NCBI RefSeq assembly: GCF_027921745.1
Contig: NC_079240.1
Span: 1,550,001 to 1,614,000 of the forward strand
Direction of reading: 5' to 3'
Source of the DNA: Schizosaccharomyces osmophilus
Lineage: Eukaryota
Length of the DNA: 64,000 nt
This document shows positions 12,569-24,111 of this stretch, piece after piece (the stretch's first letter is position 1; each line of letters starts with the position of its first letter). The translations under genes were made by a program, and so were the position numbers. The notes under the pieces were generated by a model. It was not told the origin of the DNA. It ran no database searches and saw nothing but the letters and a program-made list of their open reading frames with translations.

Positions 12569-14428
12569 TATCTGCAGTATTCCCCCTCATCTCTTATACC
12601 ATTCTCTCTTTTCTTCTCTTCCCCCCAAACATTTTCTCTAGTTTTCTGCTCTTTTTTGAGTTATTGTATACCATTATTATCTATGCCTACATAACTAATT
12701 ATTTAATCGTTTCACCACATAAATGTTTATTTTCAATGAATTCAAATCTTGTTTTCGTAAAATTTTATTCAACAGCAAGTAGAGTTTTCAAAGCAAATAT
12801 TTTCCTTGTGCTCTTTTTTTTTATTTTTTTTTTATTTTTTTTTCTTTGTCTTTTTCAAGCTGATCAAGATATATGTCTAAACAAAGCAATCAAAGGCTTT
12901 CAAGAAAACATCGGTGGATTTGTTCATAAAAACATGGAAAAACACATAAAAGAAATATACTTGCTTTGAAAACTCTACTTGCCTTTTTTGTTACAATGTC
13001 GTTTCATGCAACATAGCTTACCAACTAGACTTTGAAATTGGAAATGGAAAAACTTTTCTGTTTTTCATATGCTTTTCGAATGACCTCTTACACCATAAAC
13101 AAACCAACTTTTGCATGGAATGACGATACTTCGGCACTGTACGGCTTCTGCGAAATTTTCACTTTTATTATTGTCACAGGAAAAAGGCTCACATAGCAAG
13201 CTGGCAAAGTATCGGTTTTTGGATTCACTGATTCCATACGAGCATGTTTTCTTCCTTGGACGACGATTTTCCCATTGTTGATTATCAGATGGTATGCGTC
13301 ACAAAAGGAAAAGTCAAAATATAAAAGATGTAAGGAAATCACTAGTTTTTTGCCTTTGTCTTTTTTAAATAGATGAGAAATCAACCTTTTAAATACCAAG
13401 AAACCGAATTGCATCTAAGGTCTGCTCAAATGATTTATTGAGCAACTTCCCTACCTAGCATGAACGGTAAACAAAGAGAGATGACAGAGTAAAGAGGAAA
13501 AAGAAAAGAGAAAAGAAGTTTTAAATATTATTGTTATAATATCATTTTATTTACAAGACCTCTTTTCTCCATCCATTTATGCATACTTGTTAATTTGCTA
13601 AATAAGAAGAAGAAAATGGAATCCGTTCTCAACAATAATACTGACTATGTGGCTAACAGAATACAAAAACGATAAAGTAGAGAAAGAGAAAGAATATTGA
13701 TAGCATCAGAATCTTTTTGTTGACTTGATTCACTGTATAAATCAACCTGTTACAAAATCTTGATTTCATTAGAATGATCGGACTAAGAAAAAAAAAAAAA
13801 CCAACCTCCTAATAAGCTACTTGTACCCAGCTGCAACTGCAAAACGAAATTATACATGTTTGCTTTCAACAAAAAAGACCATTCAGAGCTACAGACCTCA
13901 TTTACATAAAGATATTTTAAATTTATAAAGGTATAAAGGTAAAAAGAACAGAAAAAAGCGAAAGTGGATTCAGGCAATCCTCCAGCGCAAAAATTTCATC
14001 TCGAAAGGACATACCCTTCGTGTTTACAGGGCGTAAACAAATCAACCAATTCATATTCAGTTAAACGGTAAAGGTGAAGAAGATGTCTGTATGATTGACT
14101 TAAGCGATTTATTTATTTTTTTTATTTATTTTTTTTTAAGAGGAAGAAACGCAAAACAATAAAATGCTGCTTTTTTACCTATTCAACAAAGTGACATGCT
14201 ATCTGTTTGACGAGCTTGTGTGCAAGGTACTGAAATGACATAAAGAAGTTGATGGCAGCTTCACCTTGGCAAACATCTAGTCATTGCCATTGCAGGTTTA
14301 TTTCCACTTTTTGAAGATGAAATAAAGTGAACTCTTTTCTTTTTTTGTAGTTTTAATTGATTGAATCGCCGTCTGTTATCATATACTACCAACTTGTGCT
14401 TTTCTTGGTCCGTTTGTGATTGACCGCT

Positions 14429-15257
14429 ATGGACGAAAAAGAGTGTGAAAAGCAACTTGAAGCTCCCAAACTGGCCGAATCTTCTTACTTGGCTTCTCTA
14501 ATGAGTTTCGAAAGCGATCTACCCTCGTACCACAAGATTTGGTGTTCATAAAATCTGGATGATTCGGAAAAATGTCGTTTTTTTTAACATTCACCGGATT
14601 CTGAAAACAAGAGCGACGAGCTGCCTAAAAATGCTTCTGCAGCAATGGATTTCGCTGCCGCTCTATCCAATTGGCTCAAAATTGCATTCTTGTTTTTCGT
14701 TAGACCACCAGCATTCCTGAGAATTCCATTTGCTGCAAAATCATACAGTAAATGAAGGACTTTGACTTTTTCTGTTATCTCTTCTCCATAGGAATTGATT
14801 CTTTAGTTTCGTATTACTTCCTCTCTCCTTTTCTAACCAATGGTTTGCTGAAAGAATTTCGAAAAGAGTTTCAATCTTGTATAGCGGCGTTTCTTGTCGT
14901 CCTGGCTTTTGGCTTTCTTCTTAATTTAGTTTCAGGTATGCCAGTAGACGGATGATGTTTGATGAAAGCTTTACTAACTGATAACGAATAGTTTTATTGA
15001 ATTTGCTTTTTTTAACGTTGAATGGTGTTTCCAAATCGTTCAAACATGTTCATTAACTGTTAAAAGTTGTTCTTCAGGTGTTCGGATACGTTCGCATACT
15101 ACTAGCCTATATTCTAGATTATGACATTACATTAGAAGTGTCCGACTCAATGAATGAAAATCAATTGCCATAAAATGCTGATGCAATACCTCTCGAACCG
15201 CCAGGAGAGCCAAAGAGTTCTATATTAGAAGCGAGGAACCATATTTCGAATTTGTGA
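14429..15257 (+). pseudogene. Decayed spliced multi-TM membrane-protein gene next to a 5S copy (wag/wtf-like candidate)
   Basis: ATG 14429 frame reads MDEKECEKQLEAPK...DLPSY...AMDFAAALSNWLKIAFLFFV, with in-frame stops at 14549, 14585 and 14753. One frameshift near 14750. Canonical intron 14936-14991 (GTATGC, TACTAAC, TAG). The frame continues past stops at 15054 and 15171. Confidence 0.6.
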
Positions 15258-15689
15258 AACAGTAGGTAAGGCGACAAGAAAATCAGTCTAGGAATACTGG
15301 AAGCGCTAAAGGTTTGCACAACACTTAAGAAGCCTTTTGTCCTTTTTGTACCCTTTGTACATTTACCCTTGCTTTATTCTACCATATTTTCTGTTCTCAG
15401 GACAATGTTTGGTTCTTCCCTTTCCCTTCTACATTTGCATCTGCATAACGTCCATTTATCCTCACACTAGTTAGTCTCGTTTATTTATTAATTGTTTTGC
15501 AATACGAATGTTTACTCGTTTTCTTTCTATTTTAGATCTTCAATAAGATATTGATTGGTGTTTCAAGAAATGCTGCTGTGAATGCATTGCTTCCCTTCGT
15601 ATACGCTCAATTCAAGGACAAGAAAATAACAAAAGTACAACTATGAAATGAAACATTCTTAAGGATAAATCAAAAAGAAAAAGAGAGGG

Positions 15690-15807
15690 AGCCTACAGCA
15701 CGCCGGATTCCCATGTTGTCTCCAACCATAGTACTAACGAGACCTTCAGATCAAAACTGCAGTGATCGGACGGGAACTGGTGTTTTCGCCTAGGTGTGGC
15801 CGTAGAG
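15690..15807 (-). rRNA. Dispersed 5S rRNA gene, variant or probable pseudogene
   Basis: Minus strand reads TCTACGGCCACACCTAGGCGAAAACACCAGTTCCCGTCCGATCACTGCAG...GTTAGTACTATGGTTGGAGACAACATGGGAATCCGGCGTGCTGTAGGCT, matching the recalled fission yeast 5S; box-A region altered. Confidence 0.9.
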
Positions 15808-16228
15808 AAGTGCTTGTTAGAGTATATAGATTAATCAAGTAGATTACATTAAAATCAAAACATTTTATTCAAAGGCATAACACGTTTCGCTTCAGAATTA
15901 TTTTGCTCATGTTCATTGATTCGTCAAGGAAAATTCATTACTAATTAGGGTCGCATAGAAACACATCATATCGTTCCCATACTATGAATAAAACATGTTA
16001 GCATTCAAAATGATTCTATAGTACAGCGAACGTCTCAAGGACCCTAGGATGTCTTGGGAACGAATACAAGAAAGGTTGAAGAAACGAATACTAGCTATTG
16101 TACTTCACTTTTGAGCAACATCTTCTATACGGAGTGTAACTTCACGCTCCAATCGTCGTTGATCATTAAAACCAAATCATACATTTCATCTTTGCGAGAT
16201 TCTTATATTCATCATAAAAAAACTCTTT

Positions 16229-17257
16229 TTAAAGGGGGGCACGTCGGCCACAAATGCGTAGACGCTTGACACCACCATCAGGAACAATGATCATACGAAC
16301 ATGCGTCTTGGGAGTGGCGATGTTCTCAAGATCCAAGAAGGTATGTTCCATATGAGGGCCAAGTTTATGAGCAGGTAAAATAATCTCCCAAGTACAATCA
16401 GGGCCAGGGACATGATCGGGAGAGTCCGTTGCTTCCAAGATAACTTCCTTGGGATAATTTCCCTTGAAATGATTGGTATCGACAAGGATATCATCGATAT
16501 AGCCTTTGGTGCCTAACTTCACGATGACCCAATCAACATGACCAGGCTCTCGGCTTCTAGCGGTTTCCCAACCATCACCCATGTTGATGCCCCGACCAGG
16601 CAGAATAAGATTATCTTTTCGTCCAAAGTGTTGGTTACTACATTGAACCACTAGACCGCCAAGATACATATGGGCAAGATCTAGACGAATGTCCAGGTCG
16701 GCTGGGAACACAGGAATTACGTTCCCGTACACACGAAAACGAGCAATTCCTCCATCTGGGTACATTTGTAAACGCACATGCGTATAGCAATCACTTGTGG
16801 GGGTCTCTAATTGGAAAAGGTGTCGCTGAGAAGGGCCGCATGAAACCTTGGGAAGAATTGGAGTCCAAAATGCATTGGCATCGGGAATTTTGTTAGGGGA
16901 AAATGTAGCTTCAACACTTACGGCAGGTGCGTGGTTACCGTTGAAAAAAGCGGTGTCGATTTCGATACCAGTGATGCAGCCACTGGAAGCCCCTACCTTG
17001 GCAATCACCCAGTCGGAGGGTTCTGGGTTGTGTCTTCTCGTTTCCCAGCCATCATACCAAGCACCTGTCTCCACGTAGACACCTTCTCTTCGAATGGGAG
17101 GAGACTGTGAAATTAAATTTTCTGCCGAGGCGAAAAAGTCATCACTACACGCAATAACTTGACCACCTAGACTTCGAGAGATTAAATCGATACAATGTTG
17201 AGAGAAAAATGCATCACCCACCTTGGGTGCAATCTGTACAACAGCTGCTGTAGACAT
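16229..17257 (-). CDS. dal2: Allantoicase
   Basis: Two allantoicase repeats: DGWETRRH/DGWETARSR, DTAFFNGN/DTNHFKGN, PDGGIAR/PDGGVKR. Confidence 0.93.
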   Translation of the reverse strand: MSTAAVVQIAPKVGDAFFSQHCIDLISRSLGGQVIACSDDFFASAENLISQSPPIRREGVYVETGAWYDGWETRRHNPEPSDWVIAKVGASSGCITGIEIDTAFFNGNHAPAVSVEATFSPNKIPDANAFWTPILPKVSCGPSQRHLFQLETPTSDCYTHVRLQMYPDGGIARFRVYGNVIPVFPADLDIRLDLAHMYLGGLVVQCSNQHFGRKDNLILPGRGINMGDGWETARSREPGHVDWVIVKLGTKGYIDDILVDTNHFKGNYPKEVILEATDSPDHVPGPDCTWEIILPAHKLGPHMEHTFLDLENIATPKTHVRMIIVPDGGVKRLRICGRRAPL

Positions 17258-17961
17258 TTGGTATACGTTTTCTTTTAAAAACCTTTCTAGACAGTATTCG
17301 TACAACTTTGCTCGTAAGCTATAGGCCGAAAATGAAAATAAACGGAGAAGAAAATTAAAAGTTAAAAGGATAAAGACTTTTTAAATAGCTTTAATAATGT
17401 AATTACCCCGCTGAACGCAGTATCTTCACACTTTGTGTTTCTTTGAGGATGTTCTTAAATGCTTTTACTATGATAAGACTTGATTTCGATTGACCCGAAC
17501 GGTAGACTTCTTCTTTCAAAAAGTCCTTCTTTCTAAAAAAAACTTGATATTCTGGTAAAAAGATCGTTTCCAATTAACTAGTCTTGGGAGCATTCTCTAT
17601 ATATGCGTCTTCGGTAGGAGTAACCGACATTTCGGGAGACCCAAGAATAGAGATATTCATTTTAAATATCTTTAGCTATCAAAAACTCTTTCCGAAAAAG
17701 TTTACATATCGTCCTAATCACCTCCGTCTTGATGTTGGATATCAAAAGAACAGAGATTGCCAAAACAGTTTCCAACGAGAAGGAAGCGTTAATCTCAATT
17801 TCAAGTTGATTTCGAAAGGGTTTGGCATTGACGTTGAAGTGGTTTTTGGATACTTTTCAATTCAAAAAAATTTAATTCTTTTACTGCATCTCAAAAGACA
17901 AGTGGACTAATCTAGGTTTTCTACACACGTTCAGTTTTCTATCCCTTCTTTTTAAATAAAA

Positions 17962-18675
17962 ATGGTGCGCATTCTTGTCATAAATCCAAATTCTACAGTG
18001 GAAATGACCAACAATGTAAAAAAGGTCTTGGATTCCTGTACGCCACTGGATGTTGAATTACAATACCTTAGTGGCCCTCCGAACGGACCTGCTTCAATTG
18101 AATCTGTATTTGATGGAATCCTTACCGCATCGTTTGTCATGCGACATTTCAAGCAGAATCCTCCTCAGTGCGATGCCTTTTTAGTCGCTTGCTATTCGGA
18201 TCATCCACTTGTTTCTGCATTGCGTGAAGCTTATAAAAAACCTTGTCTTGGCATTATGCAAGCTTCGATATTCGCAGCTTTGTCTCTAGGTCGTAAAGTA
18301 GCAATTGTTACAACAACAAAACGTTACGAACCATTACTCAGCGCTGGTGTTCGTGCTATGGGTATATCTGACAGCGTCTTCGCTGGAGTAGTGTCCACGG
18401 GCTTGACCCCTTTGGAACTTGAATCAAAGCCACGCACTGAGGTAGATGCTCTTGTGCAGAAAAGTTCTCGCAGAGCCGTCCAGGAATTGGGAGCAGATGT
18501 AATATGCCTTGGGTGTGCTGGAATGGCTCACATGGTAGAGGTTGTTCAACAGGCAGTAGGTCCCGATGTTCCCGTTGTTGAAGGAGCAAAGGCTGGAGTG
18601 GGAATGTTGACTAGTCTTGTTCAAATGTCTTTGTTTACTTCCAAGGTCGGTGCATATCAAGCCATTCCATTCTAA
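17962..18675 (+). CDS. Hydantoin/allantoin racemase family protein (Dcg1-like)
   Basis: RILVINPNS start; two catalytic Cys in VACYSDHP and CLGCAGM. Confidence 0.9.
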   Translation: MVRILVINPNSTVEMTNNVKKVLDSCTPLDVELQYLSGPPNGPASIESVFDGILTASFVMRHFKQNPPQCDAFLVACYSDHPLVSALREAYKKPCLGIMQASIFAALSLGRKVAIVTTTKRYEPLLSAGVRAMGISDSVFAGVVSTGLTPLELESKPRTEVDALVQKSSRRAVQELGADVICLGCAGMAHMVEVVQQAVGPDVPVVEGAKAGVGMLTSLVQMSLFTSKVGAYQAIPF

Positions 18676-19300
18676 TTTACAATTCCCAGCAGACGGAACA
18701 CTGTTTCATGTATTCATTTAAACAACATTCTATGGAATCTTACAAACACGCTATAGCATACTGTATTAACCAAAATAGATATTATTTTAATCTTCAATAT
18801 AACTCAAAAGAAATCAATCACCAACATAACCAAATGCAAAAAGTTGATTAAGGAATAAAATACAAAAACTCAAGAAACCAATTTCAAAAAACGATTTCCA
18901 TTCAGCGGTCTTCCGAATGGGTGAGGAATTTCAAATCGTGAATCCTAAAGTACACATTATCTCCTGAACATGCATAGATAAGTTTTTTCCACACGCACAT
19001 AGAATCGCATAAATAACAAAAGCATCGGGCTGGACATAATTGGTATTATCCAGTGATAAGTTTTTAATTTTAAAAACGTGTAAAAAAAAGAAAAGAAAAT
19101 TACAAAGAACTAAGTAAAAAATATATGTTGAAAACAAAAAAAAAGGGAAATTAAAAAGGGTAAAGCTTAACGTGAAGACGTCGACAAAAATACAACCGGC
19201 ATTATTAAGCTGGTTTACAGACATCCAGAATTCAAGAAATAGTCATCAATTAAGTTGGTGACGAGGGCGTGTACTCCACGTTTGTTTTGGTATCGGCTTC

Positions 19301-21809
19301 CTATAAAAACTGCTCCAGATTCATGCTAAGGTTGGGACTGAAAGGCTTCTCGTTTTCTGACGTTGTCCCGTTACTGGCATCCCATAATCCGGTTTCTGGA
19401 TGATTGTAAAGCTCAAAATCGTTCTTTGGTACATGCCAAGATAAAGAATCAAACAGAAGAGGGTTTTCTTGTTCGTAATATGGCAAGTGTTCAGACTGTG
19501 CCACGGTACTTTGATCCATTGAAATTCCAAGTCCATTCAATTGCCGTAACTGTTCTGCATTTTCTGTAGCATCATCCGGAGATCGACTGTTTGATCTGGA
19601 CGATGGAACATTGAACTGAAGAAAAGGAATTTCCTCCACAAGGAATTCATCATCAATTCCCTGGCTGGTTAATTGGAAACGTTCAAAAACTTTATCTTTC
19701 AGGCTAATTAAAAACGCAAAATCTTTGTTGGAAAAAGAAAACCCATCTCTAAGGTGTTCGAATATTTTGCACATATATCGTAAATCATTATAGGCCGTCA
19801 TTGCATAGCTTGTTTTTGGAAAACTTAAAGCATAAGCTCCTTGAATGATGCCAGCGTTCAGAGAGTGAAAGCGGAATACCCACCAACGAAGAGGTTCAAC
19901 GGGAACTAAGCACATCAAAGAATAAAGAACGTGGATGAGATCATGAGAAACAGAAGTACAAAGAGACAAAGACGTAGCGTATTGATTTCTTTCCTCGGTA
20001 CGCGTAACGGCTCTTACAAACCAAGGACGATGCAAGTACAGTACGGATTGAAGAATGATGAACTTGATAGAATACTGTTCCATAATTATGACTGGCGAGG
20101 CATTCTTTGTATCGTCGGTAACACAGAAATAATCTGGCAGCTCACTTTCCACTTCCAACAATTCTTTAGTTAAAGTCTGTACTTCCGAGTAACTAGGAGG
20201 AGTAAATTTAAAAGCACGGTTGAGGGCATTCGCCAAATATTTAGAAATTTTAGCTTTAACAATAGTAAAGCTAGCTTCAGTTCGTAAAGGAGACGGTTCT
20301 GGAATGAATAGGCTATCTGGCGCGATGCTAGCGTCTGCAATATTGGAAGGAGGTAAAACGTTAGTTTGATCATTACTAATGGCATAGGGTCTTCCTAAGC
20401 TCATTGAGAGCATTCGGTCCAAAAACAAAAGCTCTGCCCAAATCATTCGACGCATATGCAACTGGAACGCGGAAAGCTCAAAAACCTCGCCATCACGATG
20501 CATGCCCATGGCAACAGCAATACGGGTGGCAGTTCCAACACAATTCCAAGCAAAATTGGTACGTTCAAGACAATCACAAAAGTAGGAATACTGACACATG
20601 AGGATGAGAAAAACGACAGCATCGACGGAAGGCACGAAGGAGGAGTATGAGATATCAAAGCACAGTTGGGCACGAAGGTAAAACTCATGCGCAAGGGATT
20701 TTCTGTTCCTTACTAATGCAGGAGACGCGAATAGGGTACCGAGACAAAAAACCATGTAGGTAAGGGCAAGGAAGTGAGGCTGAGGCGGAGACCGAGAAGA
20801 ATCATGAGCGTATAAATTAAGACGAGCCTTTTCAAAGGAAGGGCGATGAATGACATGACAGCTCCACCCTACGTTGTCAAAATAAAGATTTAATAGGCAG
20901 ACGGCAAATTGAGGGACGGGAAGCATATCACATAGATTGGTAGGATTCAATACGTTAGGAACGCGGTGACTCCAATGGAGGAGAGAAGAAGAAGAAGAAG
21001 ATGGATACAACAGTGACCTTTGAAGAGCAAAGTAATCCTCTTCTTCACTATTTGGATCTGCTTGAGGGATACAAGATCGACTAGAAGAAGCACCGTAATA
21101 ATTAAGATGACCGTGAGAGCCTATCTTGAGACGACCAAGCATTTGAGAGACGTCTGCAAGCGTCGAATCTCCCGACGGTGAAGATGTCTGAGTAGTATCA
21201 TCCATTTTTGACTCCGCGGACTGGTTCCGCGCTGATGGTGATTGAGTCTTTGCCGAAAACGATAATGATAGCGGAGGTTGCTCTGTCGGGTCTATGTATT
21301 TTTCAATCAAAGAATGAATAACTTTTTGATCATGTTCAGCTATAAACAAGGAATCATGGTTACTATCGTAAGACTCGACAGCACCTTGTAGCTTAGACAT
21401 TCGAGACAACAATAGCTTAATCAATTTATCACTATTTCCCAAAAAGGGATATGTTAGCAACTCATGATTACAATGTACAATAGGAAAAAAGACGGAAGGA
21501 AGAAAGAACGGAAACCAAAATCGCATTCAGTCAAGCCGGGTTCAGTTCAGAAACTTGCCTCCGTCCATCAACCTAAAAGTAAGAATAATGATATACCTCA
21601 CAGAAATAACAATTCCATCTGGACATAAATCGGAAATTCCTCGTTTTTTACAATTGGAGCAAGGCCAAACACGATCACACTAACGCGTTAGTCGTCTGTT
21701 TTCCACTCATTTCAGAGCAACTTACCTTTAGTTTGAGACGATGACATTCTCTACATGAAGTAATTTTTCGATTTCTTCTCGTACCTGGCCTCTTTCCAGG
21801 AGTAGTCAT
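19301..21809 (-). CDS. Zn2Cys6 fungal transcription factor; exons 21809-21726, 21679-21597 and 21431-19301
   Basis: Spliced N-terminus gives SCRECHRLKLK-CDRVWPCSNCKKRGISDLC; Fungal_trans motifs GMHRDG, RRMIW, SLGRP; canonical introns 21680-21725 and 21432-21596. Confidence 0.9.
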
Positions 21810-22761
21810 TTAGGTGTTTTGGTCAAGTTGGTTCCATGTTGTATCGGGCAAGAGAACTTTGGAAATATCTCTAGGCCTATCTATTGCTCACTGACAGAAG
21901 GGAAGCGTAAACAAACAAGGAAAAACATTAACGCTGACAAAAATAAAAAGAAAGATTATAAAAAAGAAAAACAAGAAAAACACCACAAAGCAACAATTTT
22001 TTTCTGGATTGAATTTTCCTTCGCTTGGTACCTTTCAACCAGCGATGAAAAGCGGAAATTAAGAAACGCAATGTTTTGTTACATCTTTGCTAACATATAT
22101 AGAGAAAGAACACAATAAAAACCTTGAGACTTTACCTTTTTGGGGTTCAGATTTTATGATATTCTTTGTTTACATTTGCTGATCAGATAATTATGAAAGG
22201 AACTTGTTACTCGAAGATAAGATTAGATATGACAGCAAAAATGGTAACGCAAACCATTCCATATTTGAGTATATCGAAAGAAAATAAACTTTTTCTATTT
22301 GCTTTTTTTATGTTTCTTTTTTTTCTATTTTCTTTCTTTTCTACGTCGTTGCTGATTATGGATAATGCGGCGCACCACCAAGATGAAAGAAATGTCTTTT
22401 GGAACAACGAGGTGAAAGGAAGCAAACATCTTAATTTACGAGTCCCGGTATCGTGGACGAGATAACAGCACCGATATTCAGGGCTCCTTTTCTTGTTTAT
22501 TAAATCGACGGACTTCAGCCAACTTTGAGTTTGTCATTTGCCAAACACTACGTTCGTTTGTTCATACAAGGTAAGAAAAGCAAGGAAGTATAGAGAAAGA
22601 AAAGCCTGTTAAAAGAAATGTACAAAGAAAGAAATAATGTTTAGTGAAAGTTTGTACTTTAGTTTTCAGGTTTGATATTTTCTCTTTATGCTTCTATAGA
22701 TAATGTATTTGTCAAGGTACTAACTCGTATAGTTTGTTTGTTGGTTTTAACTTTTCAAAAT

Positions 22762-23781
22762 ATGGTTGTTTCAGCTCGTAAGATTGGAGACACCGTTGTC
22801 TCTCCTATTGGTTTTGGATGCATGGGTTTGCATGCAATGTATGGCCCTTCCTCTGAGGAAGCCAACCAAGCGGTCTTAACCCGTGCCGCGGACATGGGCT
22901 GTACCTTTTGGGACAGCTCAGACATGTATGGCTTTGGTGCAAACGAAGATTGCCTTGGTCGTTGGTTCAAACAAACCGGTCGCAGAAAAGAAATCTTCCT
23001 TGCTACAAAATTTGGCTACGAAAAGAAGCCCGATGGCAGTGGCGCTTTGAATAATACTCCCGAACACATCCACAGGGCACTTGACAACTCCTTGAAACGC
23101 TTAGGCGTCGAATCTATCGACTTGTACTATGTCCATCGCTTCAGTGGTGAAACTCCCGTCGAAATCATTATGGAGACCCTCAAGGGTCTTGTTGAAGCAG
23201 GCAAAATACGCTACATCGGTCTTTCTGAATGTAGTGCCGAAACCGTTCGTCGTGCCTGTAAGGTTTACCCCGTTAGTGCCGTTCAAATAGAATATTCTCC
23301 CTTCTCTTTAGAAATTGAGCGTCCTGAAATTGGTGTAAAGCAAGCTTGTCGTGAAAACAACATTACAATCGTTTGCTATGCTCCTCTTGGTCGTGGTTTC
23401 TTGACCGGCGCCTATAAGTCGCCTGATGACTTCCCTGAAGGCGACTTCCGTAGAATTGCTCCTCGCTACCAAAAAGAGAATTTTTACAAAAATCTAGAAC
23501 TTGTCGAGAAGTTGGAATCCATCGCTGCTAAAAACAATGCCACTTCAGGCCAACTCAGCTTGGCTTGGATTTTGGCTCAAGGCGATGATTTCCTCCCTAT
23601 TCCCGGCACGAAGCGTATCAAGTACTTGGAAGAAAACTATTCTGCCAAGGACATTCAACTTTCTCCTGATACAGTTCGCGAAATCCGTGAAGCTTCTGAC
23701 AGTGCCGAGATCGTCGGCCAAAGATATCCCCCTGGTGCTGGTGCAAAGATATTTATGGATACACCACCTTTGTCTAAGTAA
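22762..23781 (+). CDS. yak3: Aldo-keto reductase (YakC family)
   Basis: IGFGCMGL, WDSSDMYG, LATKFG, IDLYYVHR, YIGLSE and PIPGTK motifs. Confidence 0.9.
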   Translation: MVVSARKIGDTVVSPIGFGCMGLHAMYGPSSEEANQAVLTRAADMGCTFWDSSDMYGFGANEDCLGRWFKQTGRRKEIFLATKFGYEKKPDGSGALNNTPEHIHRALDNSLKRLGVESIDLYYVHRFSGETPVEIIMETLKGLVEAGKIRYIGLSECSAETVRRACKVYPVSAVQIEYSPFSLEIERPEIGVKQACRENNITIVCYAPLGRGFLTGAYKSPDDFPEGDFRRIAPRYQKENFYKNLELVEKLESIAAKNNATSGQLSLAWILAQGDDFLPIPGTKRIKYLEENYSAKDIQLSPDTVREIREASDSAEIVGQRYPPGAGAKIFMDTPPLSK

Positions 23782-24111
23782 AGCATTTGCACCACTAACC
23801 TTTTAAGATTTGACGAATATTCATAATGGATTGATTCTCTAATGTTTTAGATAACTTTTATATGTACCAACTTCCATCCATGTTTTCACATTTGGTGGCT
23901 AACTTCACTTTTTGTTAAAAAGCTTCTTTAATAAGATAATTTTGTATATATTCTTCCCTTCAAAAATTGACTCACCTCCACCTCTATGATTTTACAATGA
24001 AACCCTTACTTAGCTACTGTTACATTTATTCATCATTTCACCGTTCACAAATACGAACCACCTAAATCAAGTACTTTCTCAACAGCCGGAACAAAATTTT
24101 TCATTGAAAAC

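Noticed and set aside
14390..14448. Frame reading TCAFLGPFVIDRYGRKRV, resembling the MFS transporter D-R-x-G-R-K motif
   Set aside because: Short and bounded by stops; the overlapping ATG-14429 frame explains the region more coherently
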